DNA of 64,000 bases, taken from a virus. The notes beneath the pieces are model-generated. The model searched no databases and had not been told where the DNA came from. It was given only the letters and a program-made list of their open reading frames with translations. Both the position numbers and the translations under genes were made by a program. This document shows, piece after piece, positions 19,165 to 27,750 of this stretch (position 1 is the stretch's first letter; each line of letters opens with the position of its first letter). The DNA is taken from the IMG/VR virus record IMGVR_UViG_3300024312_000003, positions 96,001-160,000 of that record; one strand, 5' to 3'.

Positions 19165-19470
19165 TATAGCCCGAAGGCTGGTGATTCGAGTCTCCACAAT
19201 GATTCATTAATCAGTACTAAATATGTTTACTTAGTATTTAGCACCGTATTACTGAATCATGAAAAGGGAAACCTCGAATCACCCATCATCGTTGCGAACA
19301 TTTACACAAATCCATCAGAGTTCTATACTCTGAATAATTTAGAATTGTGCATTCTCATTGTCGACTTGATGATGTATTGGTTGTTTTCATCAGACTTTCT
19401 TGAAACAACCCAATGATGGAGATGAATCTTAAAAGCTTTAGATCCGGTAACCAACCGGTTATATAGTACA
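19165..19470 (-). ncRNA. Structured ncRNA candidate bounded by two terminators
   Basis: About 105-nt rod hairpin 19180-19283, several further stems, terminal GCC-UUCG-GGC hairpin; flanked by hairpins at 19115-19158 and 19491-19514. Confidence 0.55.
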
Positions 19471-19550
19471 AAAGTAATTGTAAAGCGTAGTACGAGAGGA
19501 TTTCTCCTCTCGTAACCTTGACTCACACAAGGTCGTACCTAGCCAACTAC

Positions 19551-20345
19551 TTAAGCGCTGCGCTTGCGAGTGGTCGTTGTGGTTTTGGTCTCCGAAGAGT
19601 CCTTCTTGATTTGATCTTCCAGATCTTGCTCGATCTTCTTGATCTCATCAATGCTGAAACCGCTGGTGCCGTGAACCACCAACACCAGAGGTGCGAAGTT
19701 ACCTGAGTTGGCCAGTTGTTCAGCAGCATGAAAGCGCTTCACATTGGCGATGGCCGCATTCATTTGAGCCCGCGAAATACGGCTCATTTGGAGATGGTGT
19801 TTCTTTCGACCTTCCGCGAGATCGAGCAGCGTGATCAGTTGGTCAGCGATTTTCTCACTGGCTTCTTGCTGACGAGTAGCCATCTTGCGAGTCATCGCTT
19901 CCTTGATGTTTGCAGGCATCTGCTCGAAGCGAGAGAGTTCATCCTTTTGTTCAGTACCCGAGATGACACGGATGGCCTGAATGAGATCTTGAGACATGTT
20001 GGTTTCCTTTTTAGGTGTAAAAGAATAGTACAGAGCACGTATTCCAATATCGTGATATGTGTCTGAAATGTTTTTCAATCCAGATTTTCTAGCTTTTAGA
20101 ATAACGGTCTTTGTACAATTCGGTAGTGGGTCATTTCGAATGAGTACTAGACTGTCTAAATTGAAATCGTTTTGACGAGGAAATGGGAGCGTAGATTTAT
20201 ACGTCTTTTCAAATTCTCGACCATCGCTGAATGCTTTAGGTGTGATAAAGTTAACTTTAGTTTTTCTAGCTAAAGACATTAACTCTAAATCAGAGCGTAA
20301 GTTATCTAAATCTAATTCAGTAAACAGCACTCGATCAAAAGACAT
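19551..20345 (-). CDS. Hypothetical coiled-coil protein with a second in-frame start at 19997
   Basis: RBS before both 20345 (AGGAAA) and 19997 (AAGGAAACCAAC-ATG, MSQDLIQ). Confidence 0.65.
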   Translation of the reverse strand: MSFDRVLFTELDLDNLRSDLELMSLARKTKVNFITPKAFSDGREFEKTYKSTLPFPRQNDFNLDSLVLIRNDPLPNCTKTVILKARKSGLKNISDTYHDIGIRALYYSFTPKKETNMSQDLIQAIRVISGTEQKDELSRFEQMPANIKEAMTRKMATRQQEASEKIADQLITLLDLAEGRKKHHLQMSRISRAQMNAAIANVKRFHAAEQLANSGNFAPLVLVVHGTSGFSIDEIKKIEQDLEDQIKKDSSETKTTTTTRKRSA

Positions 20346-20386
20346 CTGTTATTTCCTACATTAATTATGTTGGTAGTAAAAAATGA

Positions 20387-20707
20387 TCAAGTAATAGACC
20401 TGATTTTAAAAGGATCAGAAGTTATTACTTTTGGATTATGTGGAAAACTAATCCACGACAATTCATCTACAGCAAAATGAGATTTGGTAAGTCCTCTACC
20501 GATTGAAATTGAATCTCCATCAAAATCACCAGCAAATTTCTTAATGAATGTTTGTCCATCCATCGACACTAGCTCACCAGCATTTTGAGGAATGATAACT
20601 CCTCCTGCTGATAGTTTCATGATATTGCTGGCTTTTACAATTGCTGGGGCGCAAGCAGCTCCCAAAAGAGCAGACATAAAACCGCGACGTGTAATGTGTT
20701 TAGTCAT
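20387..20707 (-). CDS. Twin-arginine-signal-like small protein
   Basis: Start re-assigned to MTKHITRRGFMSALLGAACAPAIVKA, which contains a TRRxF Tat-type motif and a hydrophobic core. Confidence 0.6.
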   Translation of the reverse strand: MTKHITRRGFMSALLGAACAPAIVKASNIMKLSAGGVIIPQNAGELVSMDGQTFIKKFAGDFDGDSISIGRGLTKSHFAVDELSWISFPHNPKVITSDPFKIRSIT

Positions 20708-20759
20708 GATATTTCTAATATAGTGTTCGTTATTTGAATTGAATAAATCGTTTACACAC

Positions 20760-21197
20760 TCAATTGGAATCAATACAATAATAATCGAATACTGAAATAT
20801 GAATTACTTTTGTCTGAGCTTTCTTTTCACTTCTTGTGGATTTCAATCCAAGTTTTTCCCAGAAATACGAATGTGGTAGACCAACATCAGAGCCTCCAGC
20901 TCTAACCACAAGAGCAGATAGATGGGGGCGAGAATGTTTAAATTCCCAATCTGTTATTCTAGCCACGCAATCATGCATCCATTCTTCAATGTCTTTCTTT
21001 TTACAAACATCAGAATAATGGATAAATGTTTGTTTATACTTATTTTCAATAAAAGATGAAATTTCAACCAAATCGGTTGTTAGACACATTACTGCCTTAG
21101 AAACCAAGTAACCAGTAATTTCAGAGATTACTTCGTCTTGAATTCTCAATTGCCAATCAATGAATGCTTTTTCCATTGAAACGAACTTAATAGTCAT
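20760..21197 (-). CDS. Hypothetical protein
   Basis: Probable start MTIKFV (RBS AAGGAAAG); the tracked start runs through a terminator hairpin at 21245-21270. Confidence 0.65.
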   Translation of the reverse strand: MTIKFVSMEKAFIDWQLRIQDEVISEITGYLVSKAVMCLTTDLVEISSFIENKYKQTFIHYSDVCKKKDIEEWMHDCVARITDWEFKHSRPHLSALVVRAGGSDVGLPHSYFWEKLGLKSTRSEKKAQTKVIHISVFDYYCIDSN

Positions 21198-21309
21198 TGG
21201 ACTTTCCTTATGTCGGTGGACACGAAATAATAAACAACATATAGAGGAGGGAGATTTCTCTCCCTCCTCGCATTCCTGCTCTTTCCTCAATCAAAGAATT
21301 TAACTGTCT

Positions 21310-21580
21310 TTTTCAAATCCATTACAGATTTGATACTCATCAATTAAATCGGCAGGAATATCAGATTCAATAGGTTCGGATCATTATCACCTACTTGTTA
21401 TTAAACCTGATAACTAGGTTTTGCTCAAGCGGCCAGGCGCTGAGCAAACGTGCTGTCGTTTGCGGCAGTTAAATTGAGATTTGTATGTTTCGATTGATTT
21501 CTCAATCTCTAACGGAGTTCTCATACTTACTCCGAGTAGTAATCTCCACTAGCTCACCCTGTCGAAACCAGATCTGGCCC
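21310..21580 (-). ncRNA. ssrA: tmRNA coding piece of a permuted two-piece gene; tag (A)NDSTFAQRLAA at 21425-21463
   Basis: Begins GGGCCAGATCTGGTTTCGACAGGG; pk1 (CGGAG/CTCCG + GTATG/CATAC); TTAACTGCC-GCA AAC GAC AGC ACG TTT GCT CAG CGC CTG GCC GCT TGA; helix over the tag end; three further pseudoknot-like elements. The 3' boundary is approximate. Confidence 0.9.
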
Positions 21581-21611
21581 ACCTAAACAAACACAATATT
21601 GAATCTGCTTA

Positions 21612-21695
21612 GGTGGACCAGGTGGGAATCGAACCCACGTCCAGAATGCATTTGCTTTGATTTTCAGTTTCGGTATTTCTACCTCTACACACTAC
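21612..21695 (-). ncRNA. ssrA: tmRNA acceptor piece of the permuted gene
   Basis: TTCTGGACGTGGGTTCGATTCCCACCTGGTCCACC (T-arm plus acceptor 3' strand) lies upstream of the 5' end; CTGGTCC pairs with GGGCCAG including G3.U70. The 5' boundary is approximate. Confidence 0.9.
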
Positions 21696-21698
21696 CAT

Positions 21699-22196
21699 TT
21701 ATACTTCAGTCCAAGTTCTGCCATTTCTAATATCAGAAACAGTTGATTTGGATATGTTGTATTTATCAACATAGTAACTGTATGGTTCTTTTCCGTATTT
21801 GATGTTACTAACCTGCTCTATTGTCAAATGCGAATTATTTCTAACATTAATACCTTTAGCAGATCGACCTTTATTTACCATATCATCCATATTGTCTTGA
21901 TGAGTGCCTGCAAATAAATGATCAGGAGCAACACATTTACGATTATCACAATGATGACAAATCATAATACTGGGGTCAAGAATCTGACCACCAATAAATA
22001 ATTGAAAAGCCCATCTATGAGCGCGTATTTTAGACTGTTCCTCTCTAGATCCAACTGATATCTGACCGTATCCATCTTGATTGAGTTTACCTGTCCACTC
22101 TATACAATCATTATTTGGATTAAGTTGAAGTTTGTCTATAAAACGTTTTAAGACTTTTTCATCAAATACGATATCTGGATCTAGAGAATTTGACAT
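21699..22196 (-). CDS. HNH homing endonuclease
   Basis: CIEWTG...GYGQI...RAHRWAF...ICHHCDNRKCVAPDHLFAGTHQDNMDDMVNKGR; probable start MSNSLD. Confidence 0.9.
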   Translation of the reverse strand: MSNSLDPDIVFDEKVLKRFIDKLQLNPNNDCIEWTGKLNQDGYGQISVGSREEQSKIRAHRWAFQLFIGGQILDPSIMICHHCDNRKCVAPDHLFAGTHQDNMDDMVNKGRSAKGINVRNNSHLTIEQVSNIKYGKEPYSYYVDKYNISKSTVSDIRNGRTWTEV

Positions 22197-22204
22197 GATG
22201 CGTC

Positions 22205-22392
22205 CAAGAATTATTGTACGGAATTGTGCCACCCCCGTACGGGAGGCGCAAGGAGATCGAGGGTTTCTAACTCAATCATCGGCGCCCGCTAAAGAGTCCT
22301 TTCGAGACTCTACCTACCACGACTTTACGACCAACTGCAACATCGACGTAAACTTGTTGATTTCTCTCTACAACAAGTAGTGATGTTGTAAT
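22205..22392 (-). ncRNA. GC-rich structured RNA candidate upstream of the HNH gene
   Basis: Nested stems including GAGTCTC-GAAA-GGACTC, GTACGG/CCGTAC, GGCGC/GCGCC, CAACATC/GATGTTG. Confidence 0.55.
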
Positions 22393-22395
22393 TTA

Positions 22396-22875
22396 TTACC
22401 AAAAAGGATGTTGATATCCTGGATGAAACGGCGTGTTATAGAAAGAATGTGGATTAGGAATGTTAAAAATACTACGACTACACAAATTCAAATAACGATA
22501 AAAACCATTTAGCAAATCACGAGATTGTGATGTAAATTGAGTATATGGGTTACCATTGGGTTCAAAAGGTTTATTTAAGAAATTAATAAACTCATTGAGA
22601 AGTTCAGCGAGTTTATCTTCATTCTCAGTTTTGACACCTACATGAAATCCATAAGTTACAAGTACATTCTGCAGCATATCGACATGTCTGTATACAATCG
22701 ATGGGTTTACCCTCATAACGCTGCATCGCTCCACAATACCGTTAATTGTCAATTCATTATCAAGAAGAGATTGATCAATACTTAAATATGGTCTTTCTCG
22801 CATGCTTTGTTCCATCAAGAACAAAACAGCATGAAAAATAGTATTATAGGTGGTTGCATTCTTTACATTAAACAT
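22396..22875 (-). CDS. Hypothetical protein
   Basis: RBS TAGGAAA, 159 aa. Confidence 0.7.
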   Translation of the reverse strand: MFNVKNATTYNTIFHAVLFLMEQSMRERPYLSIDQSLLDNELTINGIVERCSVMRVNPSIVYRHVDMLQNVLVTYGFHVGVKTENEDKLAELLNEFINFLNKPFEPNGNPYTQFTSQSRDLLNGFYRYLNLCSRSIFNIPNPHSFYNTPFHPGYQHPFW

Positions 22876-22934
22876 TTTAATTTCCTACGAATCATAAGAG
22901 ACAGGCTTAAGCCTGTCTCTTATATGTTGTTTAC

Positions 22935-24041
22935 TTAATTACCAGTAAAACCAAACGTACGATTGCGATTGTTATTCAACACATCGTCATCCTTACACAG
23001 TACATCAGCCAGAACTCCACTCTTATCAAAATCGATGAGAGGCAATCCAGAAGCTTTACGCGCAGTAATTGATTCTTCAATGGATAGTTCTCGGAACTCA
23101 ATGATGTCGTAGCAGCGACCTTTACGAAGTAGTGCAGGATCAACCTTATTCAGTGATGACAAGTTAGTGGAGATGATCACCTTCTTATCAGGATCGTTTA
23201 CAACACCATCGACGAAATTCAACAAACTAGCCAGATCTTTATTTCCTTCTTCACGGCGTGTCAGGAAAGCGTCAGCGTCTTCCAGAACCAAAAGATCGTG
23301 ACCAGAACTATAGAAATAATTCATGAGTTCAACCGATCGCATGGTTGGTTCATCGTAAACAGTACAGACTTCTTTACCTGAGTGAATAGCGAGGCTACGA
23401 ACAAAAGAAGACTTGCCAGTACCTGCTGGTCCAATCAAGAAAAGAATTCCAGATTTGCTTTTGATATAAGAATCAAAATACTCTTCAGGAGTTTTATTGA
23501 GGAATGGGTAATATTCTTTCTTTGCAACTTCTGCTGTTGATTTACGAATCGAGCGACGAGTGCTTTGAATACCTTGTTGAGTAATATTCAGAGTAAAAGC
23601 GGGATGTTGGTCGTCGTAAATGTGTTCAAGCAATACCTTTTCAATGGTTTCATGGTATTGCTGAATACAGGTAACCGTAGCTTTTGTCTTATCAGAAGAA
23701 ACAGTGACAAGGATAATCGCCACAGTATTGTCACCAGTTTTAACCAGTTTATCACTGATGAAGATATAACAATTAACATCATTCTTACTGCCAGTGACGT
23801 GTGTACGAATATGACACCAGTCACCTAGATTCTTGATGTCTTCAATCATCTTGCGATAATTAAAGTTATCTCGAAGACCGACTTGGGCTTCGATGAATCG
23901 AGTCTCCACACATTGATTCGAGTCAAGAGCTTTGATCTCAAAGATATCTGCAAGACCAATTTGAACATTGGCTTTCAAGTAGTGAGAAAACAATTCTTTG
24001 GTAGAAATACCGTGAGTTTCATTTTGTTCGATCAAAGACAT
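22935..24041 (-). CDS. AAA+ ATPase
   Basis: Walker A GPAGTGKS, Walker B LLVLEDAD, LLNFVDG, PALLRKGR; probable start MSLIEQ with RBS AAGGAAAC. Confidence 0.9.
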   Translation of the reverse strand: MSLIEQNETHGISTKELFSHYLKANVQIGLADIFEIKALDSNQCVETRFIEAQVGLRDNFNYRKMIEDIKNLGDWCHIRTHVTGSKNDVNCYIFISDKLVKTGDNTVAIILVTVSSDKTKATVTCIQQYHETIEKVLLEHIYDDQHPAFTLNITQQGIQSTRRSIRKSTAEVAKKEYYPFLNKTPEEYFDSYIKSKSGILFLIGPAGTGKSSFVRSLAIHSGKEVCTVYDEPTMRSVELMNYFYSSGHDLLVLEDADAFLTRREEGNKDLASLLNFVDGVVNDPDKKVIISTNLSSLNKVDPALLRKGRCYDIIEFRELSIEESITARKASGLPLIDFDKSGVLADVLCKDDDVLNNNRNRTFGFTGN

Positions 24042-24312
24042 TTCAGTTTCCTTATTGATGTTAATGTTACTACAAGTAGCAAGTAATTTAGAAAGAGTAT
24101 TATGAAATATGAATTCTGTATTAAAAGTTTTAATTCTTATTCTTGTATTTTTAGTTCCAAAATAAGACCTAATAAATTGTCTTTGTTTAATTGGTGGGTT
24201 TATGGTTTCAAATATATGATAAGCTGAACCTGAAGTATCGTAACATGTTAAAAGGGCAGTCCATTTATAAAGTACTATGGATATATTGTCTTCTTTTGGA
24301 ATACTAAACTTA

Positions 24313-24627
24313 TCAAGATTTCTGTAAAGATGCATCGTCCAGTTGATCCTTGTTAAGCATCGGGTATACTCTTACAAGATACGCCATATCGTAATTCATT
24401 GTTCTAAATTTATTAGGTTCTTCTATAAAACCGTGTCTTTTAGTTATTCGCTTTCCGTAACAATCACTCGGAATTGGTGCTAATTTAGTACAATTAGAAA
24501 CCACCCCAAACCTTGCATCCGCATAACGGGCATAGCTGTGTAGTTTATGAATGTTAACTTCCCTAATGGGGCGTCTGAATGATTTAAATATCGGAACTTC
24601 GTGTTTGTTACTGAATATCATTTTCAA
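24313..24627 (-). CDS. Hypothetical protein
   Basis: ORF tiled with overlapping neighbours. Confidence 0.5.
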   Translation of the reverse strand: MKMIFSNKHEVPIFKSFRRPIREVNIHKLHSYARYADARFGVVSNCTKLAPIPSDCYGKRITKRHGFIEEPNKFRTMNYDMAYLVRVYPMLNKDQLDDASLQKS

Positions 24628-24940
24628 TTTCTCTGATATGAGTAAAAACTCTGAGAGTTTGATGAGAATATATTGGCAATCTCTCTACCGGAGTTGGTCT
24701 TCTTAACAATTTGGCTTTAATAGATAATTCTCTAAACAACATCGGATCTGTTGTGAGTTTGTATCTGTGAAAGTCAGCATGCTTTATGTTGAATCTGAAT
24801 GATTCAGTACAATTCATATCCTCAATACCGTTGTAATAAATCATACTGAGTATACTGAACAAATGAATTTGACTAGCTCTATGATTAGGGTCCAGTAATG
24901 GATTTTCTGAAAACTTTCTCTCTGTTTTAAATAACGCCAT
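24608..24940 (-). CDS. Hypothetical protein
   Basis: 110-aa ORF tiled in an operon. Confidence 0.55.
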   Translation of the reverse strand: MALFKTERKFSENPLLDPNHRASQIHLFSILSMIYYNGIEDMNCTESFRFNIKHADFHRYKLTTDPMLFRELSIKAKLLRRPTPVERLPIYSHQTLRVFTHIREIENDIQ

Positions 24941-24942
24941 AT

Positions 24943-25128
24943 TTAATCATCATTCTTCAAAATTGATAAACATGTTTTATGTCTATCAGAATTAACTGAT
25001 ACTATTTCAATCTTACTACCTAAATCTAAGATAGTAAATGTTTTATCAGAATCAGGAATGGATATATCCAATCCCTTTGATTCTTTGAGTGGTTCAATTT
25101 TAAAACCATTAATGATAACATTATTCAT
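24943..25128 (-). CDS. Hypothetical protein
   Basis: 61-aa ORF tiled in an operon. Confidence 0.5.
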   Translation of the reverse strand: MNNVIINGFKIEPLKESKGLDISIPDSDKTFTILDLGSKIEIVSVNSDRHKTCLSILKNDD

Positions 25129-25130
25129 GA

Positions 25131-25487
25131 TTAATTATTAGGATATGGATTATCAAGAGGTTGGTTTGATTCATAGTACCATCTACCAGCAGCCACTTCT
25201 TGAGCACGTTCATCTAGCTCTGCATTTAATTTTTCAGCTAGTTTCTCAAGTAGTAATGGATGATATAGATGATCTACCCAAAGACATGGATTTTCTTTGG
25301 ATTGGTATTGTGAAGCTGTTTCAAAGATAACATCGCTATCAACTGTAGTAACGCCACCATCAGGCATTACCATGTAAACATCGTACCATTTTGTATAATT
25401 CTCCATTGTAATAATTGGTTTGTCTGACGGCTTACCAATATACAAAAGAGAAATATTACGCTTAGATAAATAAATTGTGTTATCCAT
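25131..25487 (-). CDS. Hypothetical protein
   Basis: 118-aa ORF. Confidence 0.6.
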   Translation of the reverse strand: MDNTIYLSKRNISLLYIGKPSDKPIITMENYTKWYDVYMVMPDGGVTTVDSDVIFETASQYQSKENPCLWVDHLYHPLLLEKLAEKLNAELDERAQEVAAGRWYYESNQPLDNPYPNN

Positions 25488-25506
25488 AACTAGAAAGGTG
25501 ATTTAA

Positions 25507-25909
25507 ATGAAAATAAAAAAGACTTAAAAGTGATCTTGTAGGCGGATACTCATTTTGGTGCCCGGCTTGCAATGAGCGACATGTCTATTATACTGAACGC
25601 TATGATGGGAAACAACATCCGATCTGGGGATTCAATAACAACGAAGAATGTCCCACATTCACGCCTAGTTTAAACATGACTTCTATCAGGCATAAAACAA
25701 TGACTGATGAAGATTGGATTGAATACGACAAATTAGTAGCTGAACAAGGTGAAAGAGCACCATTAAACCATCCTAAGTTCAGATATGTCTGCCATCTTTT
25801 CATTACTGATGGTAAAATCATTTATTGCGGAGATTGTACGCACGAATATGCTGGTAAAACAATAGACTTACCAGATATTCCTGAGCACACTCAAAAAATT
25901 AAATCGTGA
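25507..25909 (+). pseudogene. DUF6527-like Cys/His protein with a frameshift in an A-run near the start
   Basis: Frame of the tracked 25676 ORF is open from 25517: ..GGYSFWCPACNERH..WGFNNNEECPTFTPSL..VCHLFITDGKIIYCGDCTHEYAGKTIDLP. The only nearby ATG (25507) is out of frame by one A. Confidence 0.65.
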
Positions 25910-25956
25910 TATAAAATAATAAAAGAGGTAGGGATTTCTCCCTACCTCTTTTATGT

Positions 25957-26319
25957 TTACCACATCAACCATTCACGCCACTGACAGGGAAACTTAGCGA
26001 TGAAAACAGGATCGTATTCACCACCAGAGTTCACCAACTTCAAAGCTTCACGCACGTTGTGACTCTCGTTCTCACGATTCCACTTCTTGCGATAGAACTT
26101 GGCGGGAGACCAAGCGTTGTAGTGTTTGGACTCACCGTGAATGGTGTGGTACTTCTCATTCTTCTCGCGTTCAGTCATCGGACGATACACGCAGTATCCA
26201 GCGTGACCGTTACCGGTGTGGATGAACTTGTCGTATTCAGTGTAGAACCCGTTGACCTTCGAACCATACTTGTTCGGGTGTTCGAGTTCCCAGTTCTTGC
26301 GACGGAAAGTGCGACTCAT
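25957..26319 (-). CDS. Basic hypothetical phage protein (MSRTFRRK type)
   Basis: RBS AGGAGA, biased codon usage, terminator at about 25921-25952. Confidence 0.75.
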   Translation of the reverse strand: MSRTFRRKNWELEHPNKYGSKVNGFYTEYDKFIHTGNGHAGYCVYRPMTEREKNEKYHTIHGESKHYNAWSPAKFYRKKWNRENESHNVREALKLVNSGGEYDPVFIAKFPCQWREWLMW

Positions 26320-26392
26320 CTTTGATTCTCCTATGTGATCTACATAGGCGAGTCGTGACGTATTGTTTCATCAGAAATTTTTTCATACTGTT

Positions 26393-27064
26393 TTACTTCA
26401 CAACGATTTGATCTCCACAATAGGAGCGAATGATGTGGTTGCCTTTATCGCGTCCATACGAAATCCCAATTTGCTTGATCCAGTCTTTGTAAGACCCATC
26501 AAACTTTGTAAAGGTGTTATCACCTTTGTAATCTGGATCAGACCAAACAAAATTACCATGAGGAGTTTCAACAAAGAACTTTTGGCCAAAGTCCCATGAG
26601 AAATGACCGACGGAGTTCAAGAGTTGTTCGCGGTTGATTTCAGTTTGAGCTGTTTTGATTTCCATTTCTTTTCCTTCGATTGCTTTAACCATCTTAAGAG
26701 TGGTCTCGAATATGGGGTTTTCGTAAAGCTTGTCCTGCGCAAACTTTAGAAGAGATAGAACTGCTCTCAATGAACCAGTGGCGTGATCGAATGGAATATA
26801 TCCATCTGTTCGATGATCTAGTTCGCTTAGATTGGCTGGATTATGAAATTCATGATTTTGTGCAAGAACATTCCAACACAGAACCGCATCTTCCCATAAA
26901 TCGTAAGACTTAGGATCGGTTATATCAACACCTACCCCAGAAGCTTGGCTTGCTACGCAATCTGCAAGATATGGTAGTTTATGTCCTGTTGACAAAGCGA
27001 CGACTACCGTGTTATTCGTGATGTAAACTGAATATGGTTTGATTTCTTTCATCTTTAACTCCAA
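26393..27064 (-). CDS. Hypothetical protein
   Basis: 223-aa ORF behind a TATATTAC motif (27067-27074); true start may be the ATG at 27052. Confidence 0.65.
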   Translation of the reverse strand: MELKMKEIKPYSVYITNNTVVVALSTGHKLPYLADCVASQASGVGVDITDPKSYDLWEDAVLCWNVLAQNHEFHNPANLSELDHRTDGYIPFDHATGSLRAVLSLLKFAQDKLYENPIFETTLKMVKAIEGKEMEIKTAQTEINREQLLNSVGHFSWDFGQKFFVETPHGNFVWSDPDYKGDNTFTKFDGSYKDWIKQIGISYGRDKGNHIIRSYCGDQIVVK

Positions 27065-27083
27065 AAGTAATATACTATTATAA

Positions 27084-27404
27084 TTAAGATGTAAGATCAG
27101 ATTCAGAAATTGGTCTTTTTTGAATCATTATCAGTTTCATTGTTGCAGAATACTTTTCTACATCAAAAACATTTTGACGATAATTTGGATGACGGTGTGT
27201 TATGATGTTTATAACTGTTTGTCCGAACTCATCTATTTCAACATCCTGATCTTCGAGACTAATGTTCTCATCATTAGCCATTTGAAGAATCATTGTTTTA
27301 TCATCATTACTTGATATTTTACCACGAAATGATTCAACCTCTATATTGTCAATATAGATTTCGTCCGCAACATCGATTGCTTTAAAAAGAGTGGTTTTAA
27401 TCAT
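27084..27404 (-). CDS. Hypothetical protein
   Basis: 106-aa ORF overlapping the upstream stop. Confidence 0.6.
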   Translation of the reverse strand: MIKTTLFKAIDVADEIYIDNIEVESFRGKISSNDDKTMILQMANDENISLEDQDVEIDEFGQTVINIITHRHPNYRQNVFDVEKYSATMKLIMIQKRPISESDLTS

Positions 27405-27747
27405 TTTTAAAAATCATTGTTAATTTTAAACGTCTTCCACTATTAATCAGATTTAATACTTCATCATCTTTAGTGGAAAGATTATCAAGAATAAGCCAAC
27501 CCTTTGAACTCAATCTCAACGAATAGACACTAACTTCTTGCAATAGGTCGCTGGGATTAACTTTCAAACTTTGACATATTTTGATAAAATCAGAAAAGCT
27601 TAATGATGAGTTTCCATTTTCTATTTTGCAATACGCTGAAGTTTGTTTACCTAGAAACTCAGCAATGTATTTTTGACTTAGCTTTCTAGCTAACCGGTAT
27701 TCTCGGATAACTAAAAGAGTTATAGAAGTCATTGATGTTTTAAACAT
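27397..27747 (-). CDS. XRE-family HTH DNA-binding protein
   Basis: IREYRLARKLSQKYIAEFLGKQTSAYCKIENGNSSLSFSDFIKICQSL. Confidence 0.85.
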   Translation of the reverse strand: MFKTSMTSITLLVIREYRLARKLSQKYIAEFLGKQTSAYCKIENGNSSLSFSDFIKICQSLKVNPSDLLQEVSVYSLRLSSKGWLILDNLSTKDDEVLNLINSGRRLKLTMIFKND

Positions 27748-27750
27748 ATG

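Noticed and set aside
19379-19410. Hammerhead ribozyme (CUGAUGA and GAAA present on the minus strand)
   Set aside because: The motifs are in the wrong order and there is no stem II/III arrangement.
19323-19526. 67-aa ORF
   Set aside because: Runs through a terminator hairpin (19491-19514) and the structured segment.
26330-26350. CRP-binding site for the phage CRP-like protein (TGTGA half-sites here and at 15148)
   Set aside because: Only half-sites with no TCACA partner at the 6-bp spacing; they overlap the promoter-like motif or a hairpin.
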